64,000 nt of DNA, from IMG/VR virus record IMGVR_UViG_3300007539_000015, one strand, 5' to 3'. The DNA is from an uncultured virus (IMG/VR IMGVR_UViG_3300007539_000015) (taxonomy: Duplodnaviria; Heunggongvirae; Uroviricota; Caudoviricetes). How positions within the stretch are numbered: the first letter of the stretch is position 1; every line of letters starts with the position of its first letter. Under the pieces are notes generated by a model that ran no database searches, was not told the DNA's origin, and saw only the letters and a program-made list of their open reading frames with translations. Positions 43,201 through 49,806 of this stretch are shown here, piece after piece. A program made the translations under genes and the position numbers.

Positions 43201-45004
43201 TTCCTACATACTGTGTAGTATCGCCATAACTATATGCATTTGAATCAAATAAATCAAAATGAGGTTGTTGATTTACAGATGTTTTTTCTTGAGCTTTATT
43301 CCATTTGTTATTTGCATAATGGAACATCTTTCCAGCATTAACATTACCTTGAGAAACTAATACAGTATCGCCTTCGTTTGGAATAGTATCTGCTTCTTCA
43401 ATTAAAGTTATTTGTCTATTTTTTATTGTGCCTGTTCCAAAGTTAATAAATTTTACTTTATAAATTTTTCCTGCAACAAGTATGTCTTTGTCAGCTGTGA
43501 ACAATAATCTCATGCCATCTGTGACTTCAACACCATCAATAATGTATCCACCTTTTCCTTCAATAGTGCTAAAAACATCAGTTGTAAACGTATCTATTAG
43601 ATCAACATTATCTTTTGCAACAGCACCATGATTATATAATTTTAAACCAGATGTATACTCAATAATTGGACGCTTGGCTCTAGCTTCCTCGTCAATTTCT
43701 ACAGGTAACCCTGCTTGGTTATAACTTTCTACAATAACATCCCTATGGAACCATCTGTTATATCTTGACCACGGGTTTTTATCTGGACTACCTCTGTTGA
43801 TTGTGATATAATCTTTTTGTGCAACAAAAGCAGCAGCATCTTCATAAGGATATTCGTCAAAGCCAAATTCCTCGCCATCAAATGGAACATTTTTTACTGT
43901 TGTAAAAGGAACTGGAATTTCTAATTCTGTTTCTGGTATCAATCTAATAGAAGACCCAACTCCTTCAACAAAATAATTTCCTGTTGCATATTTTTTTGGA
44001 GTTACCTCGCCTACAAAAAAGATACGCTGACCATTTGATAAATTTCCACCAATTGGAGATTGATATGATTTTTTACCTATAATTTCATCTTCTACATTAA
44101 TTTGAGAATTTTCATTTATGTTATAAAAGTTAAGCAATCCATTCATATTTGCATTGTTTTTACTTGCATAATATAAAAGTGGTGGAACTGTATCGTCTGG
44201 AGTAAATTCAATACGGCCGTTTTCAATCCATACATCGTCTGTTTCAATGTATGCACCGTCTTGATTTCTTTTGTATCTTTTGATATTTGTATTGTAAATT
44301 GTGCTGATATTTTCTGCATCAATTTCTAAAAGAGGATCATTATCTTGATATGCAATATTTGTTACAAAAGAAATAGGTTCACCTGGAGTGTTAATATCAA
44401 ATTTATAAGTTTGACCTTTATATAATTTTAATGTTGGATTTTTTGTTATTCCATCTGGAGAAAAAACATAGCTTTGTGTTTGATCGTCGGTTCCCAACTC
44501 AACATTGTAAACACTGGTTATACCTCGTTGAGATCCACTAACAGCAACCGGAATTGGACCAAGTGGCAGCCAATAATATTCTCTAAAATTTGTAAACTTA
44601 TCAAAATCAATGTGCGGATTCCAACTATAACTTGTTTGTGAATTTAGCACACTGTGATTGTTCACACTACCTTTATATGTTTTTATAACACCTAATAGAT
44701 CTGTATATGAAGCATAAAAATTAACATTACCTAAATCATCTTTACTTACAATACTAGATTCAAACTGATAGTTTTCTCTATCTGTAGATACATCAGGTAA
44801 AAAAGTATCTGTAACCTTTGCTGTAGGAGAATTTCTTCTTCCTACATATGCATCTAATTTTTCGATTACACCTTCAGAAATCATTGAATCAATGGTTGAC
44901 TGAACAAACTTATTGTTTGTATCTGTTCTAAAATACCTTGGTAACAAGTTTTTAGCTGATCTGTCTGAATCGCCAATTGGCAATGGATAATCAATACTTT
45001 CCAT
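31253..45004 (-). CDS. Giant (4583 aa) baseplate/virion structural protein, in the T4 gp7-like position
   Basis: Uninterrupted 13.75-kb ORF directly after the gp6-like gene; LLP.YF start, I.I...G.GY..P repeats, FG-GAP-like and CBM5/12-like repeats, and a C-terminal DGERIEY...RRG..GT motif. Confidence 0.75.
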   Translation of the reverse strand: MESIDYPLPIGDSDRSAKNLLPRYFRTDTNNKFVQSTIDSMISEGVIEKLDAYVGRRNSPTAKVTDTFLPDVSTDRENYQFESSIVSKDDLGNVNFYASYTDLLGVIKTYKGSVNNHSVLNSQTSYSWNPHIDFDKFTNFREYYWLPLGPIPVAVSGSQRGITSVYNVELGTDDQTQSYVFSPDGITKNPTLKLYKGQTYKFDINTPGEPISFVTNIAYQDNDPLLEIDAENISTIYNTNIKRYKRNQDGAYIETDDVWIENGRIEFTPDDTVPPLLYYASKNNANMNGLLNFYNINENSQINVEDEIIGKKSYQSPIGGNLSNGQRIFFVGEVTPKKYATGNYFVEGVGSSIRLIPETELEIPVPFTTVKNVPFDGEEFGFDEYPYEDAAAFVAQKDYITINRGSPDKNPWSRYNRWFHRDVIVESYNQAGLPVEIDEEARAKRPIIEYTSGLKLYNHGAVAKDNVDLIDTFTTDVFSTIEGKGGYIIDGVEVTDGMRLLFTADKDILVAGKIYKVKFINFGTGTIKNRQITLIEEADTIPNEGDTVLVSQGNVNAGKMFHYANNKWNKAQEKTSVNQQPHFDLFDSNAYSYGDTTQYVGTSFIGTKLFSYAKGSGSNDVELGFPLKYQSINNFGDIVFDFNYHTDKFTYQDSSQNIVEKNTSSGFFKIFNQDGSYKWKSVWEKTYFKSRQPVIRQYNGQLNNFPVDVFDNSYLLDDLVVRVFVNNKKKIEGVDYTLDNTVKYKQVRFFNNLDSESIVVLKCYSSANKNVNGYYEIPKNLESNPQNENLTTFTLGEVNKHVNSIVENYHPVAQGSIPGNTNLRDLPNITQYGTQFMKHSGPVNLAAYHLVDKDANIIKSIQFAMKEYSRFKSSFLFTANQTGFHGDTKKHVDLIMNTLNKDKTSSMPFFASDMIPMNATTETIHEIEYDETAYLPTSFTNFDLKTISNKAVLVYVNGEQKYQGVDYDFENGFIKYYNPTIGQDIVVYEYENTNGCYVPPTPTKLGLYPLYKPEFQTITGANGNVDVIVGHDGSYTVRFDDYRDELLLDLEKRIYNNIKTSYNTEYLDIHDFIGGFNRKTGVSRETIDSLILEDFSSWLSTAGNPNYTENTNWSGENSFTFNYRSMSDADGNRLPGGWRAIFKQFYDTDRPHTHPWEMLGFSIEPTWWQDVYGPAPYTLSNTVLWQDLRDGFVKEPGKSVKTLDKYKRPNLLSIIPTDENGNLRSPLDSGIAQGFYLPSTSEPFVYGDQGPTESAFRNSSDYRFAILKAWIVSKPCEVFGLGFDRSRIIKDMAGNFVYNETGQAITTKDIIFPTLTGNESKQHFTAGLINYIANYVKWAVSSSYDSYQSDLKRLDNQLSIKLAGFAEKNKLKLLLDSRSPLNKTSVFVPEENYQIFLNTSSVQQVATLSGILITVSDSGYIIEGYDNQNPSFTIYPYIETQSDSAINVGGISEKFLNWSESNTYTIGTVVKYNNEFYRAKVSHVSSNEFENKNFTKLAELPVQGGKTGVIRRRFNKTATSVPYGQIYKTEQDVVDFLLGYEAYLKDDGWNFENINPESGQVEDMLLLIKEFLFFTTQNWDNDTVLAISPAANRVTFSKNNFTIDNVYDNFYDVSILDGNGNAIDSSLTNIFRDKDTKFTINPVGTPEGIFLIKLPLVQKEHVVLIDNQTVFNDVIFDKAAGFRQERIKLVGYRTDNWTGSLSIPGFFYDEAKIVDWRENTDYRIGDVVKYKEFYYSAFGNHSSKQTFDNTKWRRLSEKPVSQIYPNWDYKVNQFADFYDLDTDNFDTEQQRLAQHLIGYQKRQYLENIITDNVSQYKFYQGFIQEKGTNNAMTKLFDALGSSNKDSVELYEEWAIRAGQYGAIDNIQEIEYKLDESKYRIEPQLFELNNNITIGRTDLVYEIAKNQVFKSPEDYDHTLTSVISNTDTFTKNSGYVRLEDVEYIVTSKDSILNIDIDNLEIGKHIWVTTDKQSWTVLKHSQSDLEILGFTNLTLASSNSGVKINCDRQVDDIAVDDIIGIFSSIPNLKGFYKVTEVLGSDITFDLGSSEIEISFEDPDDSFSAAGGASLSRFITRRFADFETLNLNIEDIQKDAADRLWVDDNGQGIFSVYENNSVISLQQEYANLESQLNRVAESYDINFGNTTLVRGDSTDTSSTRIGKVSLLIRNAESFTYSAGAIFEPEQEADINSGYGASVAISPDSKFIAVGAPRADNALTQFKGTYDPTEAYDQGDIVVDRGTLWRAKQAVSNWHDSYSDSSTISDSDSNDWEPAYYIPAGVGNSSGLSNQGIVHIYKFDDSTREYTLDIVMCSPDPNAEEQFGYQVELRKNINGIHQLYVSAPGIDVGRVYFFEFDDEWKWTRNRSYKGVFDVNEKYRENDIVFYQGALYQALVERIPLTTPVNDKLPTDTNSWIAAQDIEHTGYIPNRYQELDGDSDTGESNFGIKFDVNDNGDKIVVESDVSSVRTLSVYNKPVNRWKYIQEIKADTTKRESWGVDFAINDDGDRIAVAAPYNDDISNDAGTVYLYKQQSDDLYTLSQNVRSPYKDKNEAFGSAVDFSGNKLAICGKNSDLVEVTGFDNNQLKLDNGNTRISKTIQDTGRIVVFQLINNTYVYGEDIAYKRDTSNHVLDDFKFNQNHLYLNMPTITALAADNPATGNSKYVNSVNQGLLADFSFTKGKDSWTILTSQVSKPKIQELQQVFLYSDDKKDIIQRLDVIDPRQGKIAGPAEQEITFKTWYDPAVYSFSTGEQDVTVDAYSNWTDRYVGKLWWDISKASWFDPYQGNSNYRAGVFHKLLPNAQIQVCEWVSSDLLPSEWDDLAGTTEGYARGVTGTTLYGSEVFSSKQVYDAIRKRFITKYFYWVRNTQIVPNVPGRILSCESVTNLIRDPASTGYRFISILENNKFAMYNTASLIEGRNTILHFRKEKDVDLNVPIHYEYNLLTEGLDVSMPSKDIEQKWIDSLIGYDNIGNSVPDENLQVAKKYGLLNIPRQSMFVNRIEAVKQFVDRVNSVFLKNIIVDNYNISKLLLVDPAPLLSLGKHDVAVDTVNDLQFVGTAKKTQAVLTPVIVDGKITDVIITNAGNGYKVAPEIEFDDVTGKNAEFKATINSNGQITSVEIKEQGFDYSSNTILKVREFSVLVNADETIGGRWSIYVYNPTSREWNRTDNQSFDTTKYWNYADYYATGYSINTIINQTIESSYELFGLDNTIGDVVKIKNIGTGGWLLLEKIDNQDTEDYTINYKTVGRQNGTIQLSSLIYNYSTETTGYDAGVYDIAFYDREPVNELRNILNAIKTDIFIGELAVEYNKLFFASVRYALSEQENVDWVFKSSFLRAKHNVGELEQKVAYQNDNLENYQDYINEVKPYKTSVREYISSYEKIEPTNSLISDFDLPPSYIGGNITPSVAKFSNNEVTDLWQKYFTYPYKNWVDNNTYEIVSIEVLDGGSGFNNTPDVTISGNSGATARAYIAKGKVKSIEILKKGNRVLSAPTVTVSGNQDPDGSPVKASVIIGNPLVRSTHMTVKFDRVSGKKYFETIDQKENFLGTGAKQKFQLLWPMNVKTNTFSVTVNGVEMLKSEYQVGNDLDTTKGYDRYFGYINFVKDPAIDDVIVVNYKKATSLLHAADRVLYEYNPTTGMPGKELSQVMQGVEYEGALYDSFGFGNEQGFGAGGFSDLPWDTFDNTFSDEVIKLDGSTATITLSKPLENGVNYNIYLNGVRLDDPAYDGSTATANKNAVMATIVGDGEQIEIDIQGIFTTTDGDEVIIRKEESDGSLSPVSTNFDTSLSGGALDKTTATGIPSGEIVVDGDEFFSATNSKGPEELVPGTVTDTLDLQVYTRPNNGLANIAVANYIYDGSTREFEFPEKPFGETNVVVMVNQKVLREDVFYSDYDLNAVFIDSDENIEAGDSITVMTFGSNGNNLIDSKTIQLNSYDIANQPFGENWRFVTAADFSSDASAIVVMNGRVATEGSDYFLNISDSTTEAANKITIEFPGGRVRLGENNIIQYAVYDTNIVSYSLVYQDITWNQTLGNYWNFTNTPTPFNVKPLGHNLIVFGDDEILDPGYSIRYTTTTDRVYDLDSWAFSDLTQINSRDILVYADDVRVDRQYWTWDQTSARITILSNTIAPAGTKLDIYVINNADYYFIDTQIEFTEVDGSTTINMEPLVTVGQPLKLVSTASSTVFNPIVKSVSNNVVVVEGMARQIRDEFVADEDFWVTNDSTQMKIANIEFIESDSISIDPDKYNGAFTTYRVMHFSNHDVNKFRRYSYDVLTDTVVNEFTSEYTRRNLLTSGIVELDSQAAGAQYVWVVKNKKLLRPLIDYEVMEELDAVRLNEIPAANDKIQVLHWTNAVSGKRFGFRIFRDMLGRTHYKRLNQENSYVLAKDLQVYDNSILLDDATGIQKPNTLKNLPGILWIDGERIEYFSVQGNTLSQLRRGTLGTGVKSLHKAGDRAFGQGPGETIDYQDTYDVYRDFADGSSQIVDLGFTFDNINEIEVFVGGKKLSKVDVNVYNNTIAQDSTEGDQVKAQEFTVVDVSGEKRINFTTTPAVNTEIRVVKRTGRRWIQPNETLRTSSSPIAKFIRGATIELPK

Positions 45005-48000
45005 TAGTAACTGCTTCCTCCGCTATTAGAACTACTACTTGTTGTAGTAACAACTGTTTCTGATGAACTAGATACCGCTTGACTTGTATCGTTAACAGAT
45101 GTTACAATTGCTCCACTTGCTTTTAGGCGTTCTGCTGTAATTGCTGTAATTATTTCAACATTATCTACTGTTGCACCACTTATAAATATTTCATCATTTT
45201 CAGACTTTACTTCAAATAAACTTCCAAAGCTATCTGTAGCACTGTTTGGAACTAAAACAATACTGTGTAAATCAGGTGCTAACGACTGCATAATATATGC
45301 ACTAAGCTCACTCCAGTAAAATGTTTCTCCAAAATTCCAATTTTCTAAAGCAAAAAATTCTTCTATTGCTTCGATAATTTTACTTTTTACATCTTGATCG
45401 TTAACTACTCTGTCTGTGTTTTTTACAACTTTTAAAGTTGCTTGCAGACTTGGATTTGCTTTTGAACCAAACAAAACTTTAAACTTTACTGGATGATAAA
45501 CAATTTCATCACTTATACTTTTTATTTTGTTTATTTCGCCGCCATAAGTTCTAAATAACTGATCACTACTCATTGGTAATGGCTCGGCAGCAAATGCTCC
45601 AGCAAGATACTGTCTATAACTTGTATCATATTGTTTTGTTAACAAATATGTATCCATTATATTGCTACTACTTGGATCAATTCTATTGTTTTCATCGCTT
45701 GCATGTAAATATTGAAATTTCAATCCTGCTCTACCCAAGTAACCTTTATAGTTAAAAATCAATTGTCTTGTTCTTGCTGTGCTGTTGACCTTGTAAAAAA
45801 CGTTTGTTGAAGACACATAAAAAATAGGATCTCCTGGTGTTGTAACTGTTGCTTCTACTTCACTTGTTACTACTCTAATGTTTTCTGCGGCTGCATCTAC
45901 ATAATAGTAAAACTCATTATCGTTTGTAGATTTTTTAACAAAAACATATTTAGATTGTGACGAATTATTGTTAGCAGTGATATCTTCAAATATTTGAGGA
46001 TTGTCTACTACACCGTCGTCGTCATTATCAAAAAATACAACTTCAACTTTTTTACTGTTTACGTATCCAATACCGTCTCTGTATTCAGCACTTACTGCCC
46101 AATCATAATCGACTGTGAACGGTGTTAATTGACCTGTGCTGGCAAGATTCTTGTTAATATTTAAAATGCTTATTTTGTCTCTTACAATTTCACCTGTTTT
46201 ACTATCGTAAATCTTTTTAGTAGAATCATAAAAGAATCTTACTTCCTTGTCGCTTTCAAACACATATCGTAATGTCCTCGATGTGATTGTGTATTCAACT
46301 CCGTTGGTTTCAAATAAAACAAGCCAACTTCTATCTAAATTTTGCTGTGTAATGTCACCAGTTAACCCACTACTCCATTCTTGAGTAGTATTAACATTTT
46401 CTTGTGTCACTACTGCCCAACGTCTTGTGCTTGTGTTGTATCTTAGCGCAACAGTTCTGTATGCAAATATTTGATCTACTAAAACACTTTTTACATCATC
46501 AATTAAATCTCTAACAAACTTTGGTTTGATTTTATTTAAAATTGCTCCTGTAGGAATAATATCATTAAATGTAATACCACCTAGACCTGATGCAGACAGT
46601 TCATTACCGCCGTTATTCACAGCAACTACTTTTACCCATTTGTAACTACTAGATCCTGCGTGATCTGCTGCTCCTAACATCAATGTTCCATCAGGCATAA
46701 AATGCTGGCCTGTTGGCGCAGTAAATTTGACCAACGCTCCTGGTTCTAAATATCTAAATACACCTTCTGTAAAGCTGGAAACAGTATACTTGAATGCTGA
46801 TGTATCGCTTGCATTTGAACTATCAACAATAAATCCAGTGCTTCTATTTGTATCCTTTGTAGTTTGTTGCCAAACTACGCTTAAATCACTATAATCTTGA
46901 TCTGTAAACTTATCATAATAATAATTGCGCAAATTGTTATCTTCGAGTAGATTAGTAACAGTGTTGTTTATTACACCTTCAATATCAGTTTTTGTAACAA
47001 AACTAAAATTTGTTTTTTCTGTTTTATAATCTTTGTAAATAACTCCGTCGGTTCCAAACATATTTGTAGTGCTGTATTTTCCTGTGCTATCTCTTAAATC
47101 ATAATATCTATTAATACCACTGCTGGTTCTGTTTACTGCTTTTGCTTTGATAATATCTTGACTTACACCCAACGGACCTAGGTTATAATCCTCACCTGTG
47201 ATTAATCTGTTTTGAGTGTAGTATGTGCTAGGTGCATTGTCACGTATACTATCTGTTGATTCTGTGCTTGCGCCATTGGTAACTGGTTGCTTTAGGCTGC
47301 AAACTATTGATAAAGTTTCGTTGCGTCCAATACCAGAAGTATATGGAATACTGACTTTGATATTTTGTATATTATTTGCAAAAATAGTATAATCTAAATT
47401 TGCACTTGTTCTATAGTAAGCTCTAAAATTGCCTTTAGGTAAATTACCAAAAACACCATCGCTAAAAATTAAACTAATTCTATCATTTGTTCTAGTTAAC
47501 ACACTGAAAATATTTTTTATATTTTTTGCAATGCTATTATAAATTACATTATTACCTTCAACAGCATCAACTTTTGTCCAAGCAGTTTCCTCAACTCCTT
47601 GTGAATTTAAACTGTATAACCATACGTCACTGTTGTTTACATTTGTTGCATCTATTTCTACATTTTGATTAGGTGTGGGTAAACTTACCGAAAAGTCACC
47701 TCGTTGTAGTGTTCCTTGTCTAAAGTGTAGGAAAAATCCTGTGTTGGAACTACCTGCGCCTTGGCCGTTGTCTCTATATAACAAACTGAATTTGTTTCCT
47801 GTCAACGGCGCTTCTTCAATTATTTCACCATTGTCGATATCAGCACCAACAACTTCAAAATCTAAATTTGTGCCGTTAATAACTTTGTTAAAACTGAACA
47901 CTGGAAATGCAGATTGTAAATTATTAAGTTTATATTTTTCTGTTGGAATACCATTGACAATGTCAGACTTACGAGGAGAACCAAACTGATTTTGATCAAG

Positions 48001-48492
48001 CATTGCTGCATTCATAATTTTAATAAATTGTTCATACCAATTACTATTTGTTTGATCATTCCATTTTACAGACTTACCCGAAATGTTGGTTCCTGTTGTG
48101 TCAACAATATTTTCTGTTGTCGTCACGCTGTCTATTTTGAGTAATCCGTTGGCAGTTTGATTTCTTGTTACATTATAACTAATAAGTCTTGCTAATCTTA
48201 AAACACTTTCTCTACGCTCTGCTAATTCAATAAAATTTTCTCTAGCATTTAGATCAACCCTAAAGCTAATATTTTGGCCAAGGAATGCAATTAAATCAAT
48301 CAAAGATAGGTATTCAGAACTTTCAATATAATCATTAAAATCTTCTGGATAATTTTGTCTAATATAATTGATCATTGTTCTACGTAGATTGTCAAAATCA
48401 TAGCTTTTGAAATCTGCGTATTTGAAACTTTGATAAATTTTTTGCCAATCTTCGGCTAATAATAATCGGTTTTGCCTATCTGTAGATGACAT
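45004..48492 (-). CDS. Baseplate wedge subunit, T4 gp6-like
   Basis: DFDNLR..MINY...DFNDY.ESS...LIDLIA...ARENF...A.RRESVL.LA..ISY and IRDNAP..Y.TQNRLIT.EDY. Confidence 0.82.
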   Translation of the reverse strand: MSSTDRQNRLLLAEDWQKIYQSFKYADFKSYDFDNLRRTMINYIRQNYPEDFNDYIESSEYLSLIDLIAFLGQNISFRVDLNARENFIELAERRESVLRLARLISYNVTRNQTANGLLKIDSVTTTENIVDTTGTNISGKSVKWNDQTNSNWYEQFIKIMNAAMLDQNQFGSPRKSDIVNGIPTEKYKLNNLQSAFPVFSFNKVINGTNLDFEVVGADIDNGEIIEEAPLTGNKFSLLYRDNGQGAGSSNTGFFLHFRQGTLQRGDFSVSLPTPNQNVEIDATNVNNSDVWLYSLNSQGVEETAWTKVDAVEGNNVIYNSIAKNIKNIFSVLTRTNDRISLIFSDGVFGNLPKGNFRAYYRTSANLDYTIFANNIQNIKVSIPYTSGIGRNETLSIVCSLKQPVTNGASTESTDSIRDNAPSTYYTQNRLITGEDYNLGPLGVSQDIIKAKAVNRTSSGINRYYDLRDSTGKYSTTNMFGTDGVIYKDYKTEKTNFSFVTKTDIEGVINNTVTNLLEDNNLRNYYYDKFTDQDYSDLSVVWQQTTKDTNRSTGFIVDSSNASDTSAFKYTVSSFTEGVFRYLEPGALVKFTAPTGQHFMPDGTLMLGAADHAGSSSYKWVKVVAVNNGGNELSASGLGGITFNDIIPTGAILNKIKPKFVRDLIDDVKSVLVDQIFAYRTVALRYNTSTRRWAVVTQENVNTTQEWSSGLTGDITQQNLDRSWLVLFETNGVEYTITSRTLRYVFESDKEVRFFYDSTKKIYDSKTGEIVRDKISILNINKNLASTGQLTPFTVDYDWAVSAEYRDGIGYVNSKKVEVVFFDNDDDGVVDNPQIFEDITANNNSSQSKYVFVKKSTNDNEFYYYVDAAAENIRVVTSEVEATVTTPGDPIFYVSSTNVFYKVNSTARTRQLIFNYKGYLGRAGLKFQYLHASDENNRIDPSSSNIMDTYLLTKQYDTSYRQYLAGAFAAEPLPMSSDQLFRTYGGEINKIKSISDEIVYHPVKFKVLFGSKANPSLQATLKVVKNTDRVVNDQDVKSKIIEAIEEFFALENWNFGETFYWSELSAYIMQSLAPDLHSIVLVPNSATDSFGSLFEVKSENDEIFISGATVDNVEIITAITAERLKASGAIVTSVNDTSQAVSSSSETVVTTTSSSSNSGGSSY

Positions 48493-48549
48493 GTCTTTTT
48501 CCTTAGCTAATGTAATATTTATGAGATTTATAAACTACGCACATTAAAA

Positions 48550-48990
48550 CTAAAGCTGGTTTTCGTTATCAAAACGAAGTGTTAAACGTTCACTTATATT
48601 ATAATCTAAATAGGTCAAGTCTGCATAAACTTGAATACCTGATTCATACGCATCAACAATAATATTTTCGGCTTGCACTCTTGGATCATAATTCAATATT
48701 TGTGTTACATTATCCAATACAGCACGTTTTATTGGTTCAGTAAGAGGTTCAAATAAAACATCCCAAATTATACAACCAAATCTTGGATTTTCCAAACGCT
48801 CGCCTACTTTAATGTGAAAGTGATTTAAAATATCTTGCTTGATTAAATCTAAATTACGCAGTTGAAACGTTTTTTCGTTAGAAGAAACTGTGCTAAGTCC
48901 TTTATAACTTTTGTCAACCAAAACATTATTACTAGATTTAGGTGTTGTTATTTTTAAATTTTTATATAGATTCTTTTCTAACGTGCTCAT
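48550..48990 (-). CDS. Baseplate wedge subunit, gp25-like
   Basis: IKQDILNHF....GER..NP.FGC.I...LFEP and YDPRV. Confidence 0.85.
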   Translation of the reverse strand: MSTLEKNLYKNLKITTPKSSNNVLVDKSYKGLSTVSSNEKTFQLRNLDLIKQDILNHFHIKVGERLENPRFGCIIWDVLFEPLTEPIKRAVLDNVTQILNYDPRVQAENIIVDAYESGIQVYADLTYLDYNISERLTLRFDNENQL

Positions 48991-49002
48991 AATGTATTTA
49001 AC

Positions 49003-49806
49003 CTATCTTGTGCTTGTTTCGTATACACCAGTATCACTAGACGTCGGGCCGCTTGTATTTTGTTCTGACTGTATTGTTACCAGAGGTATATCAAACCCAG
49101 CTGGAATTTCCCAGTTTCTTCTAATTTGATTTAAGTATAATCCTGTGGTTTCTCTATTTACAATTCTAAAATTCGATAATGGATTTTTACCATTGCTTTG
49201 ATTACCTCCAAACATTCTAATTCTGTTTGCAGCAGGATCAATACTATGCACAAACCCAACATGTCCATAACGTGATTCTTCTTTACGTGTAAGTACAACC
49301 AAATCGTATTTTCTAATTTTTGTAAAATCTCGCCAATCTACTGATTGTCCATATCGTAAATAACTTTGGCTACCCATACCAGGAACAATATGTTCTAATC
49401 CACATTTCCACAATACCCAGGTCACAAATGCTGCACACCATGGATTTGTTGTTGGTCCATCAACACTCATTCTGCCGCCGCCAGCAACTTCCCATGCTTC
49501 AGCAATATTTGGATTAGGAGGATTTCCTCTTTCTTTCCAATCTTGACTAGGAAACGCTTCTAATATTTGTTGCAAACTTGCAAATGCTGTGCCAGCAGGT
49601 GGCGGATTTTCTGGAGGTTGTACAGGTTGATAATTACCGCCAATATTAGGATCAAAATCTCCCACTCCTGTAAGAGCATCTGGTGGAGTGAAAACACTAC
49701 TTTGTGTATTATCATCAAAAGGTAAAAAATATCTATCAATTTCGCCAGCTTCTAATGCTCTTGACGGAGACGGAACTGGATTACCTGGTATAACTATTTG
49801 ACACAT
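49003..49806 (-). CDS. CHAP/NlpC-P60-like peptidase (TIGR02594-like)
   Basis: PWCAAFV, GHVGFV and GGNQS motifs; Pro-rich N-terminal linker. Confidence 0.72.
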   Translation of the reverse strand: MCQIVIPGNPVPSPSRALEAGEIDRYFLPFDDNTQSSVFTPPDALTGVGDFDPNIGGNYQPVQPPENPPPAGTAFASLQQILEAFPSQDWKERGNPPNPNIAEAWEVAGGGRMSVDGPTTNPWCAAFVTWVLWKCGLEHIVPGMGSQSYLRYGQSVDWRDFTKIRKYDLVVLTRKEESRYGHVGFVHSIDPAANRIRMFGGNQSNGKNPLSNFRIVNRETTGLYLNQIRRNWEIPAGFDIPLVTIQSEQNTSGPTSSDTGVYETSTR

